From assembly GCA_964196055.1 (NCBI GenBank), contig CAXMSF010000018.1:1-56766 (forward strand): DNA of 56,766 bases, read 5' to 3'. Source of the stretch: an uncultured Gammaproteobacteria bacterium. Lineage in GTDB: Bacteria; Myxococcota_A; UBA9160; SMWR01. A program made the translations under genes and the position numbers. How positions within the stretch are numbered: position 1 is the stretch's first letter; each line of letters opens with the position of its first letter. Below the pieces are notes generated by a model. It was not told the DNA's origin, made no database searches, and was given only the letters and a program-made list of their open reading frames with translations. Positions 18,119 through 29,897 of this stretch are shown here, piece after piece.

Positions 18119-18892
18119 TCATTCGACTGCGAGTCCGACCCGGTCCCAGCGGGTCTCGTCGCGAAGCAGATGCCACCAGGTGAGCGGGTTCAACATCGAG
18201 GCCCAGCTCCCCTGGTTGTTCCACGACCAGTAGATCCGGGTCACCGGCCCCTTGAGGTCGGCCCGACCGACGGTTCCCCAACCACGGCTGTCGTTGGAGT
18301 TGTCTCGGTTGTCTCCGAGCATGAAGTAACGACCTTCAGGAACCGTGACTCGAACCTGAGTCAGCCCGCCATACCGCGGGTCGTCGAGCACCGGCCGGCT
18401 CGAACCCTCCAGAAACTCGCGCCCGATCCGCAACCGGTTGCCGACATCGTCTATGAAGATCCCCGCGTCGAATTCTACGGTTAGCGGCTCGTCGTTCAGG
18501 TAGACGCGGTCGCCCTTCACCTCGATCCTGTCGCCCGGCAGGCCGATGATACGCTTCACGAAGCCTTCGACCGGGTAGTCGGGGCAGCGGTCGGCGGGGC
18601 AAATCTCGCCGAGTTCGCCGCGGCCGAGTGTGAAGGTCACGACATCGCCGCGCACCGGCTCGCGCATTGCAGGCAATCGGTAGTCCGTGAACGGGATTCG
18701 CGCGCCGAATGCGAACTTGTTGACCAGCATGTGGTCGCCGATCAACAGGGTCGGAAGCATCGATTCGGAAGGAACGTAGTAGGTCTCGAACAGCATGGCG
18801 CGTACGAGCAATGCGATCCCGATCGCCATCGCCGTGCTCACGACGTTGTGCCGCAAGCGTCCATCATCACTCACGGACGACTCCTTCCGCAT
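18119..18892 (-). CDS. lepB: signal peptidase I
   Basis: SESMLPTL (Ser box), GDHMLVNKF (Lys box), GDNRDNSNDSRGWG. Confidence 0.9.
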   Translation of the reverse strand: MRKESSVSDDGRLRHNVVSTAMAIGIALLVRAMLFETYYVPSESMLPTLLIGDHMLVNKFAFGARIPFTDYRLPAMREPVRGDVVTFTLGRGELGEICPADRCPDYPVEGFVKRIIGLPGDRIEVKGDRVYLNDEPLTVEFDAGIFIDDVGNRLRIGREFLEGSSRPVLDDPRYGGLTQVRVTVPEGRYFMLGDNRDNSNDSRGWGTVGRADLKGPVTRIYWSWNNQGSWASMLNPLTWWHLLRDETRWDRVGLAVE

Positions 18893-18949
18893 GCAGGCGG
18901 GCGGGCGCCGGGGGTCCTGCCTGCGTCGTCATCGACCAAAGCGGCCTCC

Positions 18950-20476
18950 CTACGATCTGAATAGATCCGTCACCGAGTCGCTCGCCCAGTCGAGTACCGG
19001 CAATTCGACACCGAGCCACGGCAGCATACCGTGATTTGGGAAGAAGCCGAGATAGACGACAACCGCTGCACAAAGGCACAGCGCGAGCGCCTCGCCGCTC
19101 GCGATTCCCACGCGCGGCGGCTGCACGGATGGCTCGTGCATCGTCATCAGGACCGGGATGCGCAGATAGTAGAAAAGAGAAATCACGCTCGTCACCACGA
19201 GCGTGATGGGAAGCCAGATCAGGTCGACACGCACCGCCACCACCACGAGGTTGAACTTTGCCATGAAGCCCGCGGTGCCCGGTATTCCTGCGAGCGAGAG
19301 CATGAACAGCGTCATCGCTGCAGCGAGCCCTGGGCGAGTGCGAGCGAGGCCTGCGAAATCTTCGACCCTTTCACATTCCTGGCCGTTCCGCGCGAGAGCG
19401 ATCACCACCCCGAAAGCACCGAGATTCATGAAGGCATAGACGACCAGGTAGAACGCGACCGCTCCATAACCATCCGGACTGCCCGTCGCGAGCCCGATCA
19501 ACAGCGCGCCCGCGTGACCGATGCTCGAGTACGCGAGCATCCGCTTCACATTCTGCTGGATGACCGCCATCACGTTTCCGACGATCATGCTGAGCGCCGC
19601 GAACGCCGCAAACACATCCGACAGCTGCTCGGTTTCGGGCCCGATCGCAGTGGCGACGAGCCGCAGCAATGCCGCGAACGCGGCGGCCTTCACCGCAACG
19701 GACATGAAGGCGGTGATGGGCGCCGGGGCTCCCTCGTACACGTCGGGAGCCCATTGATGGAATGGCACCGATGCAACCTTGAAGCCGAAGCCGATCATCA
19801 TCAAGCCGACTCCGAGCATCGCGACCCGGCTCGTCGGATCGAAGGCGTCGCGGATCGCCCCGAAAGAGGTCGTTCCGGTGGCTCCGTAGGTAAGCGCCAT
19901 CCCATACAGCAATATCGCGGTCGCGAACGAGCCCATCACGAAGTACTTGATCGCGGCCTCGTTGCTGCGGAGGCGGGCTTGATCGAAGCCCGCGAGCACG
20001 TAGATCGGGATGGTCATCAACTCGAGGCCGACGTAGACGCTGAGCAGATCGATCGCACCGACGAGGAAGATCGCACCGGTGATGGACGCAAGGACGAGCG
20101 CGTAGTACGCGCCGTGGTTGATTCCGAGCTCGGACAGGTAAGAGACGGAAAGCGCACAAGTGAGGATGCCCACGACGATCAGGAGCGCGGTCACGAACGA
20201 ACCGAAGCGATCCTGCTGGTACAGCGGGTTCGCGAGCTGGAACACGACGGAGTCGCCACTCGCGTAGGCGACCACTGTCACGTAGAGCGCGAGCGAGAGA
20301 AACAACATCGCGGTAAACGCGTTCAGGGTTCCCGCGTAGACGGGCGTCACCCTGCGACCAAGCAGGCTGCTGCCGCGCGCCAACAGAGCGTCCTGGACGA
20401 GGATCACCATCGCACCGATTGCGGTGAAACCGATCGGAGCGAGCACCGCGGGAGCGATTTCCGGCGGAGCGATCAC
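18950..20476 (-). CDS. nuoN: NADH-quinone oxidoreductase subunit N
   Basis: FKVASVPFHQWAPDVYEGAPAPITAFMSVAVKAAAF in a polytopic antiporter-like protein. The GTG start overlaps the nuoM stop (GTGA). Confidence 0.9.
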   Translation of the reverse strand: MIAPPEIAPAVLAPIGFTAIGAMVILVQDALLARGSSLLGRRVTPVYAGTLNAFTAMLFLSLALYVTVVAYASGDSVVFQLANPLYQQDRFGSFVTALLIVVGILTCALSVSYLSELGINHGAYYALVLASITGAIFLVGAIDLLSVYVGLELMTIPIYVLAGFDQARLRSNEAAIKYFVMGSFATAILLYGMALTYGATGTTSFGAIRDAFDPTSRVAMLGVGLMMIGFGFKVASVPFHQWAPDVYEGAPAPITAFMSVAVKAAAFAALLRLVATAIGPETEQLSDVFAAFAALSMIVGNVMAVIQQNVKRMLAYSSIGHAGALLIGLATGSPDGYGAVAFYLVVYAFMNLGAFGVVIALARNGQECERVEDFAGLARTRPGLAAAMTLFMLSLAGIPGTAGFMAKFNLVVVAVRVDLIWLPITLVVTSVISLFYYLRIPVLMTMHEPSVQPPRVGIASGEALALCLCAAVVVYLGFFPNHGMLPWLGVELPVLDWASDSVTDLFRS

Positions 20477-22095
20477 GGGCGCGCCTCCGGTGCCGGCGCG
20501 ATCACGTCGCTCCCGCTATCCGGCTCCGCACGCTGGTCGACCTGACGCAGTAGCTCGATCACAGACGGCTCGATCCGGCGCAGGAAGGGATCGGGGTAGA
20601 CCCCGATCCAGAAGATCGGAACCACCATCACGAGCATGATCAGCTTTTCTCGCATGGAGAGGTCGATCAGGCTGCGGTTTTCGGGATGATCGACCGGCCC
20701 GAACGCAACACGGCGGTACATCCACAGCATGTAGGCTGCGGACAGCACGACTCCGGTGGCCGCTACGATCGCCGCCTTGGGGCTGTGGAGGAAGGCGCCT
20801 ACGAGGATCAGGATTTCCCCCACGAAGCCGTTCAACATGGGTAGTCCGATGCTCGCGAAGATCACGATGCCGAAGAATGTGGCGTGGACCGGCATCGCCT
20901 TCGCAGTACCGCCGAAGTCCGAAATCTCGCGCGTGTGCCGCCGTTCGTACAGGAAGCCCACCAGCAGGAACAGCGCTGCAGTCGAGATTCCGTGGTTGAT
21001 CATCTGGAGGACGCCGCCCACGAGACCCTCGACGTTGAACACGAAGATTCCGAGCACGACGAAGCCCATGTGGGCCACCGACGAGTACGCCACGAGCTTC
21101 TTGACGTCGCTCTGCACCATCGCGACGAGCGAACCGTAGATGATTCCGACGAGCGCGAGGCCGATCAGCCACGGTCCGTACGTCATCGCCGCCGTGGGGA
21201 ATAGCGGCAGCCCGAAGCGCAAAAAGCCGTATGCCCCCATCTTGAGCAATATCGCGGCGAGGACCACCGATCCCGCGGTCGGCGCCTCGACGTGGGCGTC
21301 CGGCAGCCAGGTGTGGAAGGGAACGATCGGAATCTTGATCGCGAACGCGAGCGCGAATGCGGCGAACAACCAGCTCTGCGTCTTCCACCACGGGGCATCG
21401 CCCGCGAGCGGGATGACCACGTCGAGCAAGGCCGGCGTCGCCATTCCCGGAGGCGCAATCAGGTCGAAGACGAGGCTTCCGGACTGCTCGTAGGCGAGCC
21501 AGCCGAGCACCACCATCGCGAGCAACATGAAGAGCGAGCCGAACATCGTGAACAAGAAGAATTTCACCGCCGCGTAGATTCGGCGCGGGCCACCCCAGAT
21601 TCCGATCAAGAAGTACATCGGAACCAGCATCAGTTCCCAGAACATGTAGAACTCGAAGAGATTGAGCGAAACGAACGCGCCGATCATTCCCGTTTCGAGC
21701 GCCAGCATGCAGAACACGAAACTCCGTAGTCTGGAATCGATGTCGTTCCACGCAGCAACCAGAACGACCGGCACGAGCAACGCCGTGAGCGCGATGAGAA
21801 AGAGACTGATGCCGTCCACTCCGAAGTAATGATGGACGCCGAAACCGGGAAGCCACTCGCGATAGTCGACGAACTGAATCCGGGTGCTCACCGGATCGAA
21901 GACGACGACGAGCTCAACCGCGAGCAGGAACGTCAGAATCGAGCCCGCGACTGCCGCGATCCGCCACGCCTGCGCCGGCAACCGCGGCACCCCGAGCAGC
22001 GAGCCGAGCACGTTCGTCGCGAGCAGCGCGAGTGCCGTCCCCAATGGAAGGAAGGTGATGAGGAGCAGTAGATTGTCGTCGACAAAGGCAGTCAT
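20473..22095 (-). CDS. nuoM: NADH-quinone oxidoreductase subunit M
   Basis: KIPIVPFHTWLPDAHVEAPTAGSVVLAAILLKMGAYG, 540 aa, polytopic. Confidence 0.9.
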   Translation of the reverse strand: MTAFVDDNLLLLITFLPLGTALALLATNVLGSLLGVPRLPAQAWRIAAVAGSILTFLLAVELVVVFDPVSTRIQFVDYREWLPGFGVHHYFGVDGISLFLIALTALLVPVVLVAAWNDIDSRLRSFVFCMLALETGMIGAFVSLNLFEFYMFWELMLVPMYFLIGIWGGPRRIYAAVKFFLFTMFGSLFMLLAMVVLGWLAYEQSGSLVFDLIAPPGMATPALLDVVIPLAGDAPWWKTQSWLFAAFALAFAIKIPIVPFHTWLPDAHVEAPTAGSVVLAAILLKMGAYGFLRFGLPLFPTAAMTYGPWLIGLALVGIIYGSLVAMVQSDVKKLVAYSSVAHMGFVVLGIFVFNVEGLVGGVLQMINHGISTAALFLLVGFLYERRHTREISDFGGTAKAMPVHATFFGIVIFASIGLPMLNGFVGEILILVGAFLHSPKAAIVAATGVVLSAAYMLWMYRRVAFGPVDHPENRSLIDLSMREKLIMLVMVVPIFWIGVYPDPFLRRIEPSVIELLRQVDQRAEPDSGSDVIAPAPEARP

Positions 22096-22101
22096 TCGAA
22101 C

Positions 22102-24143
<2,042 letters not shown>

Positions 24144-24150
<7 letters not shown>

Positions 24151-24464
24151 TTGAGCAGGCTCGCTTCCTCGGGATCCACCGAGTCGCGGTTGCGGAACAA
24201 CGCAAGCAGGATCCCCAGGCCGACCGCCACCTCAGCAGCCGCGATGGTGATCACGAGCAGGACGAAAACTTGACCGTCGAGAATCGGGCTGGCGTCCGTT
24301 CCCGGCCACAGGCGATTGAACGCGACGAAGGCGAGGTTGGCCGCATTCAGCATCAACTCGACCGACATCAACATCACGATCAGATTCCGGCGCACCAACA
24401 CGCCGATCACTCCGAAGCCGAAGAGCACGGCCGAAAGCCCGATGACGTGGTCGAGCGGAATCAA
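24144..24464 (-). CDS. nuoK: NADH-quinone oxidoreductase subunit K
   Basis: 106 aa, 3 TM, VELMLNAANLAFVAF. The TTG start overlaps the nuoJ stop (TTGA). Confidence 0.88.
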
Positions 24465-24961
24465 TCGATTTTCCGTTTCGCGAGAACCAACGCGCCCACG
24501 ATCGCCGCAAGCAGCACCTGGGAGACCATCTCCACCAGCAGGACGTAGTCGGTGTAGAGCGCAATACCGACCTCGCGGGCACGACCGAAGCCCGCGCCCG
24601 CGGCCGGCAACTCCGGGAAGCCGACGAGGGCCCGCACGAGGCCCGCCATCACACAGATCGCGACCAGCACCGACGCCGCCTTGATCAGGCGCATTCGGCC
24701 CGGGGGCAGATCCTCGTGCTCGCCGCCGTGCAGCATCACCGCGAACAGGAACAGCACCACCACCGCACCGCCATACACCATGATCTGGAATACGGCGATC
24801 ATGTGCGCACCCAGCAGCACGTAGATTCCCGCGAGCGAGACCATCGTGAGTACGAGACTCATCGCAGCCGCGACCGTATTGCGGATATTGGCGATCGTCC
24901 CCACGGCACCCGCCACCACGAGCAGCGCAAAGATGTAGAAGAGCAGTGTCGAAAAGCTCAT
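24461..24961 (-). CDS. nuoJ: NADH-quinone oxidoreductase subunit J
   Basis: 166 aa starting MSFSTLLFYIFALLVVAGAVG...IAVFQIMVYGGAVVVLFLF. The ATG at 24961 overlaps the nuoH stop (ATGA). The longer listed ORF (to 25483) is an out-of-context extension. Confidence 0.85.
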   Translation of the reverse strand: MSFSTLLFYIFALLVVAGAVGTIANIRNTVAAAMSLVLTMVSLAGIYVLLGAHMIAVFQIMVYGGAVVVLFLFAVMLHGGEHEDLPPGRMRLIKAASVLVAICVMAGLVRALVGFPELPAAGAGFGRAREVGIALYTDYVLLVEMVSQVLLAAIVGALVLAKRKID

Positions 24962-26118
24962 GCCGTACCCTCGAGCGCGAGAATCACCGCACCGGTGACG
25001 AGAATGTTCGCGAGCGAGAGGGGCAACAAGATCTTCCAGCAGAGGTCCATCACCTGGTCGTAGCGGAAACGGGGCAGTGTCCAGCGCAGCGCCATCTGCA
25101 GCCAGATCATCGCCGCGAGCTTCAGCATGAAGCTGACGAAATGAATCAACATGCAGAATCCCGTCGCGAACCCGACCCCGAAGAAGCGACCAACGCCCGC
25201 GATGATCACTTCCTGCGACAGGTAGGGAACCGACCAGCCACCGAGAAAGATCGTCGTCATCAGGCCCGCGATCACCACGACCCCGATGAACTCCGACAGG
25301 TAGAATAGGCCGAAGCGCATGCCCGAATACTCGGTGTGATAACCCGCGACGATTTCGGACTCCCCCTCGGGCGTGTCGAATGGCGGACGTTTGTTCTCGG
25401 CCATGATCGCGGTCAGGAACAGCACGAACGCGAGCGGCTGCAGAAAGATGCCCCAGTTCGGCAGCCGCAGCGCGGCGACCCACCCGACAGCCGCCGGCAG
25501 CGTCAGCCCGAACAGATCCTCCACGAACGCGAATGCGAGGAAGGTCGTGTCCTGCGCGATGGCCATGTCGGTGAGCCTAAGCGTCTGAAAGACCATGAAG
25601 ACGCCGACGACCGAAAATCCCAGCGTGACCTCGTAGGAGATCATCTGGGCCGACGCGCGCAGACTGCCGAGAATCGACCAGTTGTTGTTGCTCGCCCAGC
25701 CCGCGAGAATCGGCCCGTATGCGGCGAGCGAGCCGATCGCGAAGATGTAGAGCAAACCCCAGTCGAGGTTCGCCACGACCAGTTCGATCGTAGTCTCGCC
25801 GAAGCGGTAACTGCCGCCGAACGGGATGACCGCGAACGCGATGATCGCTGGAACCGCCGCCAGCACCGGCGCGAGCAGATGCAGTACGCGGTTCGCGCCC
25901 GCGGGTACGACGTCCTCCTTCACGAGCAACTTGATCACGTCCGCAAGCGGATGCATCAGCCCGATGAGTGTCATCCCGCCGACTGAAGCGCGGTTCGCAC
26001 CAATGCGGTCCTGCATCAACGCACTCTGCTTTCGCTCGACCCACGTGATGACCGGCGCCAGCACGCCGACCACGACGAAGAGGATGAAGACCGTCTTGAC
26101 GAACGCCGCGACGACCAC
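24958..26118 (-). CDS. nuoH: NADH-quinone oxidoreductase subunit H
   Basis: VITWVERKQSALMQDRIGANR..., GYHTEYSGMRFGLFYLSEF. The GTG start directly abuts the nuoG stop. Confidence 0.9.
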   Translation of the reverse strand: MVVAAFVKTVFILFVVVGVLAPVITWVERKQSALMQDRIGANRASVGGMTLIGLMHPLADVIKLLVKEDVVPAGANRVLHLLAPVLAAVPAIIAFAVIPFGGSYRFGETTIELVVANLDWGLLYIFAIGSLAAYGPILAGWASNNNWSILGSLRASAQMISYEVTLGFSVVGVFMVFQTLRLTDMAIAQDTTFLAFAFVEDLFGLTLPAAVGWVAALRLPNWGIFLQPLAFVLFLTAIMAENKRPPFDTPEGESEIVAGYHTEYSGMRFGLFYLSEFIGVVVIAGLMTTIFLGGWSVPYLSQEVIIAGVGRFFGVGFATGFCMLIHFVSFMLKLAAMIWLQMALRWTLPRFRYDQVMDLCWKILLPLSLANILVTGAVILALEGTA

Positions 26119-27732
26119 CTAGGCCTCTCCGTCCGCGGGCGCCGTGACGTCCTCGGCGTTGGCGATGTTTCGGCCGCCACGGCCCACACTGGCGAGGTCG
26201 ATCCCGGCGAAACGGGGCTGCGATCGCGCCAGCTCGGCCGACACGGCAGCCACATCCCAGCTGCCGTCGAAACCCGCGAGACCGAGCGCCGCACCCAGGA
26301 GCGATATCACGCTGCCCTCCGACCACGCCGGCCAGGCTGGCTCGTGTGCGCGCCGGACTCGCTGCACCCGGCCCGCGGAGTTGGTCAGGGTTCCGTCCTT
26401 CTCCGCCGCGTGGAGGGTCGGAATCACCACGTCGGCCACGTGATGGAGTTCGGACTGATGGAGGTCGAGCACGATGAGGGTATCGAGCGTCGCGAGCGCG
26501 TCGGTTCCGCCGAGAAACTGCGCGTCGAGAATGTCGTGCCCGAAAACGATTGCGGCATCGACTCCGCCGCTGCGAACCCGGTCGGCGATCGCGCCCGTGA
26601 CATCGAAGCCGAGTTCGCGCGCGCCACTCGCGTTCGCGGCCTTCTCCGCTTCGATCAGGATCCCGTCCGCCTGCCCGCGAATCACCGGCACGCCACGTGT
26701 TTCCGCTCCCAGAGCATCGAGGAACTTCCAGAACGTGAACAAGTCTTCGTTGGTCGCGTGTGCGGATGCAATGCCCGCGAAGACTCCGGCTCCCTTCGCG
26801 TCGACGAGTCGACGGATCCGCGCTGCCGCCACTTCGACCGCGGTCGCAAGGTCGGTCGGCGCGAGCCGCCCGTCTGTTCCCCGCAGCTGGGGCTCCTTCA
26901 GGCGATCGGGTGCACCGATCGCGTGGTAGCTCAAGCGGCCCTCGTCGCAGATCCAGGTGTCGTTGACCGCATCATTGCGCCTCGGAACGGCCCGCTGGAC
27001 TGCGCCTTTCGCGACACCGAGGTGAAGGTTGCAGCCGCGCGCGCAGCCGGTGCAGATTCCGTCCACGTCGTCGAGATCCCAGACGCGCAGCTTGAAACGG
27101 AAGTCGCGGGTCGTGAGCGCACCGACCGGACAGAGATCGGCGACGTTCATCGAATAGGCGTTGTCGAGTGGCCGGCCCGGGAAGGTATCGACCACCGAAG
27201 CATCACCCCGCCCGAAGATTCCGAGTTCGCTCGTACCCGTCACCTCATCGCAGAACCGAACGCAGCGGCGACAGAGGATGCAACGCTCCTGATCGAACAC
27301 GACCTCGGGTCCGATCGCCACATTCTTCGCAAGCGCACGGCGCGGCTCACGGCTCCGGGATATCGGAGAACCGTGGTCGAACGCGAAATCCTGAAGCTTG
27401 CACTCACCCGCCTGATCGCAGATCGGGCAGTCGAGCGGGTGGTTCACGAGCAGGAGTTCCATCACACCCGCGCGCGCGTTCCGGACTCGGTCAGTGTCGG
27501 TGCGAACCACCATGCCGTCCACGACCTTTGTATCGCACGCAATCTGGAGCTTCGATTCCCCCTCCACCTCGACCTGACAGAGTCGGCACGAACCGTCGAT
27601 TGCGAGCTTCGGGTGCCAGCAGAAATGGGGAATATCGACGTCGTTCCCGAGCAATCCGGCATCGTCGAGCGCCTGCAACAGCATGCGCCCCTCGTGCACT
27701 TCGATTTCCCGGTCGTCGATCGTGATCCACAT
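26119..27732 (-). CDS. nuoG: NADH-quinone oxidoreductase subunit G (short, 537 aa)
   Basis: MWITIDDREIEVHEG..., 2Fe-2S cysteines (CWHPKL..GSCRLCQVEV..IAC), HPLDCPICDQAGECKLQD, CILCRRCVRFC...CPVGALT and an N7-like CTGCARGCNL...C. Start at M85 of the listed ORF, 2 nt after the nuoF stop. Confidence 0.88.
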   Translation of the reverse strand: MWITIDDREIEVHEGRMLLQALDDAGLLGNDVDIPHFCWHPKLAIDGSCRLCQVEVEGESKLQIACDTKVVDGMVVRTDTDRVRNARAGVMELLLVNHPLDCPICDQAGECKLQDFAFDHGSPISRSREPRRALAKNVAIGPEVVFDQERCILCRRCVRFCDEVTGTSELGIFGRGDASVVDTFPGRPLDNAYSMNVADLCPVGALTTRDFRFKLRVWDLDDVDGICTGCARGCNLHLGVAKGAVQRAVPRRNDAVNDTWICDEGRLSYHAIGAPDRLKEPQLRGTDGRLAPTDLATAVEVAAARIRRLVDAKGAGVFAGIASAHATNEDLFTFWKFLDALGAETRGVPVIRGQADGILIEAEKAANASGARELGFDVTGAIADRVRSGGVDAAIVFGHDILDAQFLGGTDALATLDTLIVLDLHQSELHHVADVVIPTLHAAEKDGTLTNSAGRVQRVRRAHEPAWPAWSEGSVISLLGAALGLAGFDGSWDVAAVSAELARSQPRFAGIDLASVGRGGRNIANAEDVTAPADGEA

Positions 27733-27734
27733 CC

Positions 27735-29027
27735 CTACAGCTCGAAGCTCGCGGGAAACGGGCACTTCTCCGCACCGAGATGCGCCTCGAAGTCGGATCG
27801 AAAATGCCGCATCAGTCCTTGAATCGGCCAGGCCGCAGCATCCGAGAACGCGCAGATCGTCTGACCCTCCAGCTTGCCCGCGATGTCGAGCAGGATTTCG
27901 AGATCGCGCTCCTCGCCCGCTCCGCGCTCGATCCGATCGACGAGTTTGTTGATCCAGCCCGTTCCTTCGCGGCATTGAGTGCACTGCCCGCAGCTCTCGT
28001 CACGGAAGAAGTACGAGATCACGCTCGCTACACGAACCATGCAGGTCGTGTCATCCATCACGATCACACCTCCGGTACCGAGCCGCGTGTGACGCTCGCG
28101 CAGGAACTCGTCCGCCATTCGAACGTCGAGCTGGCCCGCCGGCAGGATCGGCATCGACACACCGCCAGGAATCACGCCCTTCACCTTGCGACCGTCGGGA
28201 ACGCCGCCCGCGTATTCGAAAACGATCTCGTCGAGTCGCGTTCCGAGCGGCAACTCGAACAACCCCGGGCGAAGCACCTGGCCCGAGACTCCGAAGAGCG
28301 TCGTGCCCGGGCTGTCCTCGGTACCGAAGGAACGAAACCACGGCACGCCGTTCGCGATGATGTGCGGAACGTGGGCGAAGGTCTCGACGTTGTTCACGGT
28401 GGTGGGCAGGCCGAAGGCACCGTGCTCGGACGGATAGGGTGGCTTCTTTCGCGGTTGGCCCTTCTTGCCCTCGAGCGACTCGAGCAGGCCGGTCTCTTCA
28501 CCGCAGATGTACGCGCCCGCACCCCGCACCACGACGACTTCGTGGTGAAAGCCGCTGCCCATGATGTCATCCCCGAGGAGACCGTCCTTGCTCGCCTCGG
28601 CGACAGCGCGCTCGACCGCCACAGCCGCGGTCGCGTACTCGCAACGGACGTAGACGAATGTCTTCTGGGCCCGGGTTGCCCAGGCCGCGATCAGGATGCC
28701 CTCCAGGATCATGTGGGGCGCGCGCTCGAGCAACAGGCGGTCCTTGAACGAACCGGGCTCCGATTCATCCGCGTTGCAGACCAGCAGCGCCGGACTCTCG
28801 TCACGCGGCATGAAGGCCCACTTCCGGCCCGCCGAGAAGCCCGCACCGCCGCGGCCCTTCAGGCCGGAGCCTTCGATCTGCTCGATGACCTCGTCGGGCG
28901 AAAGCTCGCACACCGCCCTGCGCGCGGCCGCGTAGCCGCCCGCGCGCTGGTAACCGGCGAGCGTCGCATAGGCATCGTCGGCGAGATGCTCGCTGAGGTA
29001 GTTGGTGACGAAGGGAGCGTTCCGCAC
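27735..29027 (-). CDS. nuoF: NADH-quinone oxidoreductase subunit F
   Basis: GLKGRGGAGFSAGRKW (FMN/NADH site) and ESCGQCTQCREG (N3 cluster). GTG at 29027 is preceded by AGGGG 8 nt upstream. Confidence 0.9.
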   Translation of the reverse strand: MRNAPFVTNYLSEHLADDAYATLAGYQRAGGYAAARRAVCELSPDEVIEQIEGSGLKGRGGAGFSAGRKWAFMPRDESPALLVCNADESEPGSFKDRLLLERAPHMILEGILIAAWATRAQKTFVYVRCEYATAAVAVERAVAEASKDGLLGDDIMGSGFHHEVVVVRGAGAYICGEETGLLESLEGKKGQPRKKPPYPSEHGAFGLPTTVNNVETFAHVPHIIANGVPWFRSFGTEDSPGTTLFGVSGQVLRPGLFELPLGTRLDEIVFEYAGGVPDGRKVKGVIPGGVSMPILPAGQLDVRMADEFLRERHTRLGTGGVIVMDDTTCMVRVASVISYFFRDESCGQCTQCREGTGWINKLVDRIERGAGEERDLEILLDIAGKLEGQTICAFSDAAAWPIQGLMRHFRSDFEAHLGAEKCPFPASFEL

Positions 29028-29038
29028 CGGTGCCGCCC

Positions 29039-29503
29039 CTACTCGAGCGCGTCGAGAATGCCCTTCGCCGTTTCGGCGTCGAGATCCTCGTGGTAGTGCT
29101 CGTCGACCCGCATCATCGGCGCATACGCACAGGCACCGAGGCACTCCTCGTGGTCCAGCTGGATGCGTCCGTCGGCCGTGGCCGTGCCGGCCGCGATACC
29201 GAGGTGGGCCTCGAGCTGTCGAAGCAGGTCGCGGGCACCGCGCAGGGAACACGACAAGTTCGTGCACACCGCCACGTGGTGCTGTGCCTGGGGGGTGTCG
29301 TGGATCAGATTGTAGAAGCGCAACACCTCGAGCACCTGCACGGGCTGGAGGTCGAACAGATCCGCAACCTCGACCGCGGTTTCAGGAGCGACGTGCCCGA
29401 ACTCGCTTTGGATCAGATGGAGGGCCGGCAGCAGGGCACCGCGCTTCTCGGGAAAACGCGTCATCAATTCGCTGACGGCGCTGCGTGTCGCATCGGAGAT
29501 CAC
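29039..29503 (-). CDS. nuoE: NADH-quinone oxidoreductase subunit E
   Basis: FPEKRGALLPALHLIQ..., 2Fe-2S cysteines CTNLSCSLRG...CLGACAYAPMM. The GTG start overlaps the nuoA stop (GTGA at 29500-29503). Confidence 0.88.
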   Translation of the reverse strand: MISDATRSAVSELMTRFPEKRGALLPALHLIQSEFGHVAPETAVEVADLFDLQPVQVLEVLRFYNLIHDTPQAQHHVAVCTNLSCSLRGARDLLRQLEAHLGIAAGTATADGRIQLDHEECLGACAYAPMMRVDEHYHEDLDAETAKGILDALE

Positions 29504-29853
29504 CAGTCGAGCCCACCCTTCATCCACTCGTAGAAGAGGCCGACTGCGAGCGGTACCGTGAACACGAGTATCGACGCAAAGCCGAACCATCCGAGCTCGC
29601 GAAAGACTACGCCCCACGGATAGAAATAGATCGCTTCGACGTCGAATAGAACGAACAGGATTGCAACGACGTAGAACTTCACCGCGATACGACGCCTCGG
29701 TGAAGTCACCGGCCGCTCGCCGCATTCGAACGGATCCTGCTTCGACGGAAATACACGTCGCGGCCCGACGCGCAGATGAATCCCGAGCACGATGGCGATC
29801 AGCACCAGGCTGATGGTGAGAATCACAAGGACACCGGTGTACTCGGCGAGCAT
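29500..29853 (-). CDS. nuoA: NADH-quinone oxidoreductase subunit A
   Basis: 117 aa from MLAEYTGVLVIL...: KQDPFECGE...KFYVVAILFVLFDVEAIYFYPW. GGGAGG lies 7 nt upstream of ATG 29853. Confidence 0.88.
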   Translation of the reverse strand: MLAEYTGVLVILTISLVLIAIVLGIHLRVGPRRVFPSKQDPFECGERPVTSPRRRIAVKFYVVAILFVLFDVEAIYFYPWGVVFRELGWFGFASILVFTVPLAVGLFYEWMKGGLDW

Positions 29854-29872
29854 CGCGCGTGCCTCCCGGATC

Positions 29873-29897
29873 CCGGGCACCGGACGCCGGTGCCCGG
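29873..29897. promoter_or_regulatory. perfect 11-bp inverted repeat immediately 5' of the nuoA Shine-Dalgarno
   Basis: CCGGGCACCGG-acg-CCGGTGCCCGG, 20 nt upstream of the nuoA ATG on the minus strand. Either a 5'-UTR stem-loop or a dimeric-regulator operator. Confidence 0.35.

Noticed and set aside
19031-20545. Long plus-strand ORFs opposite nuoN. The same applies to 27780-29096 opposite nuoF, 36712-37914 opposite the sigma-54 activator and 9391-10548 opposite the MCP.
   Set aside because: All are antisense shadows of genes with strong family motifs, and their composition is dominated by R/D/E/H/G.
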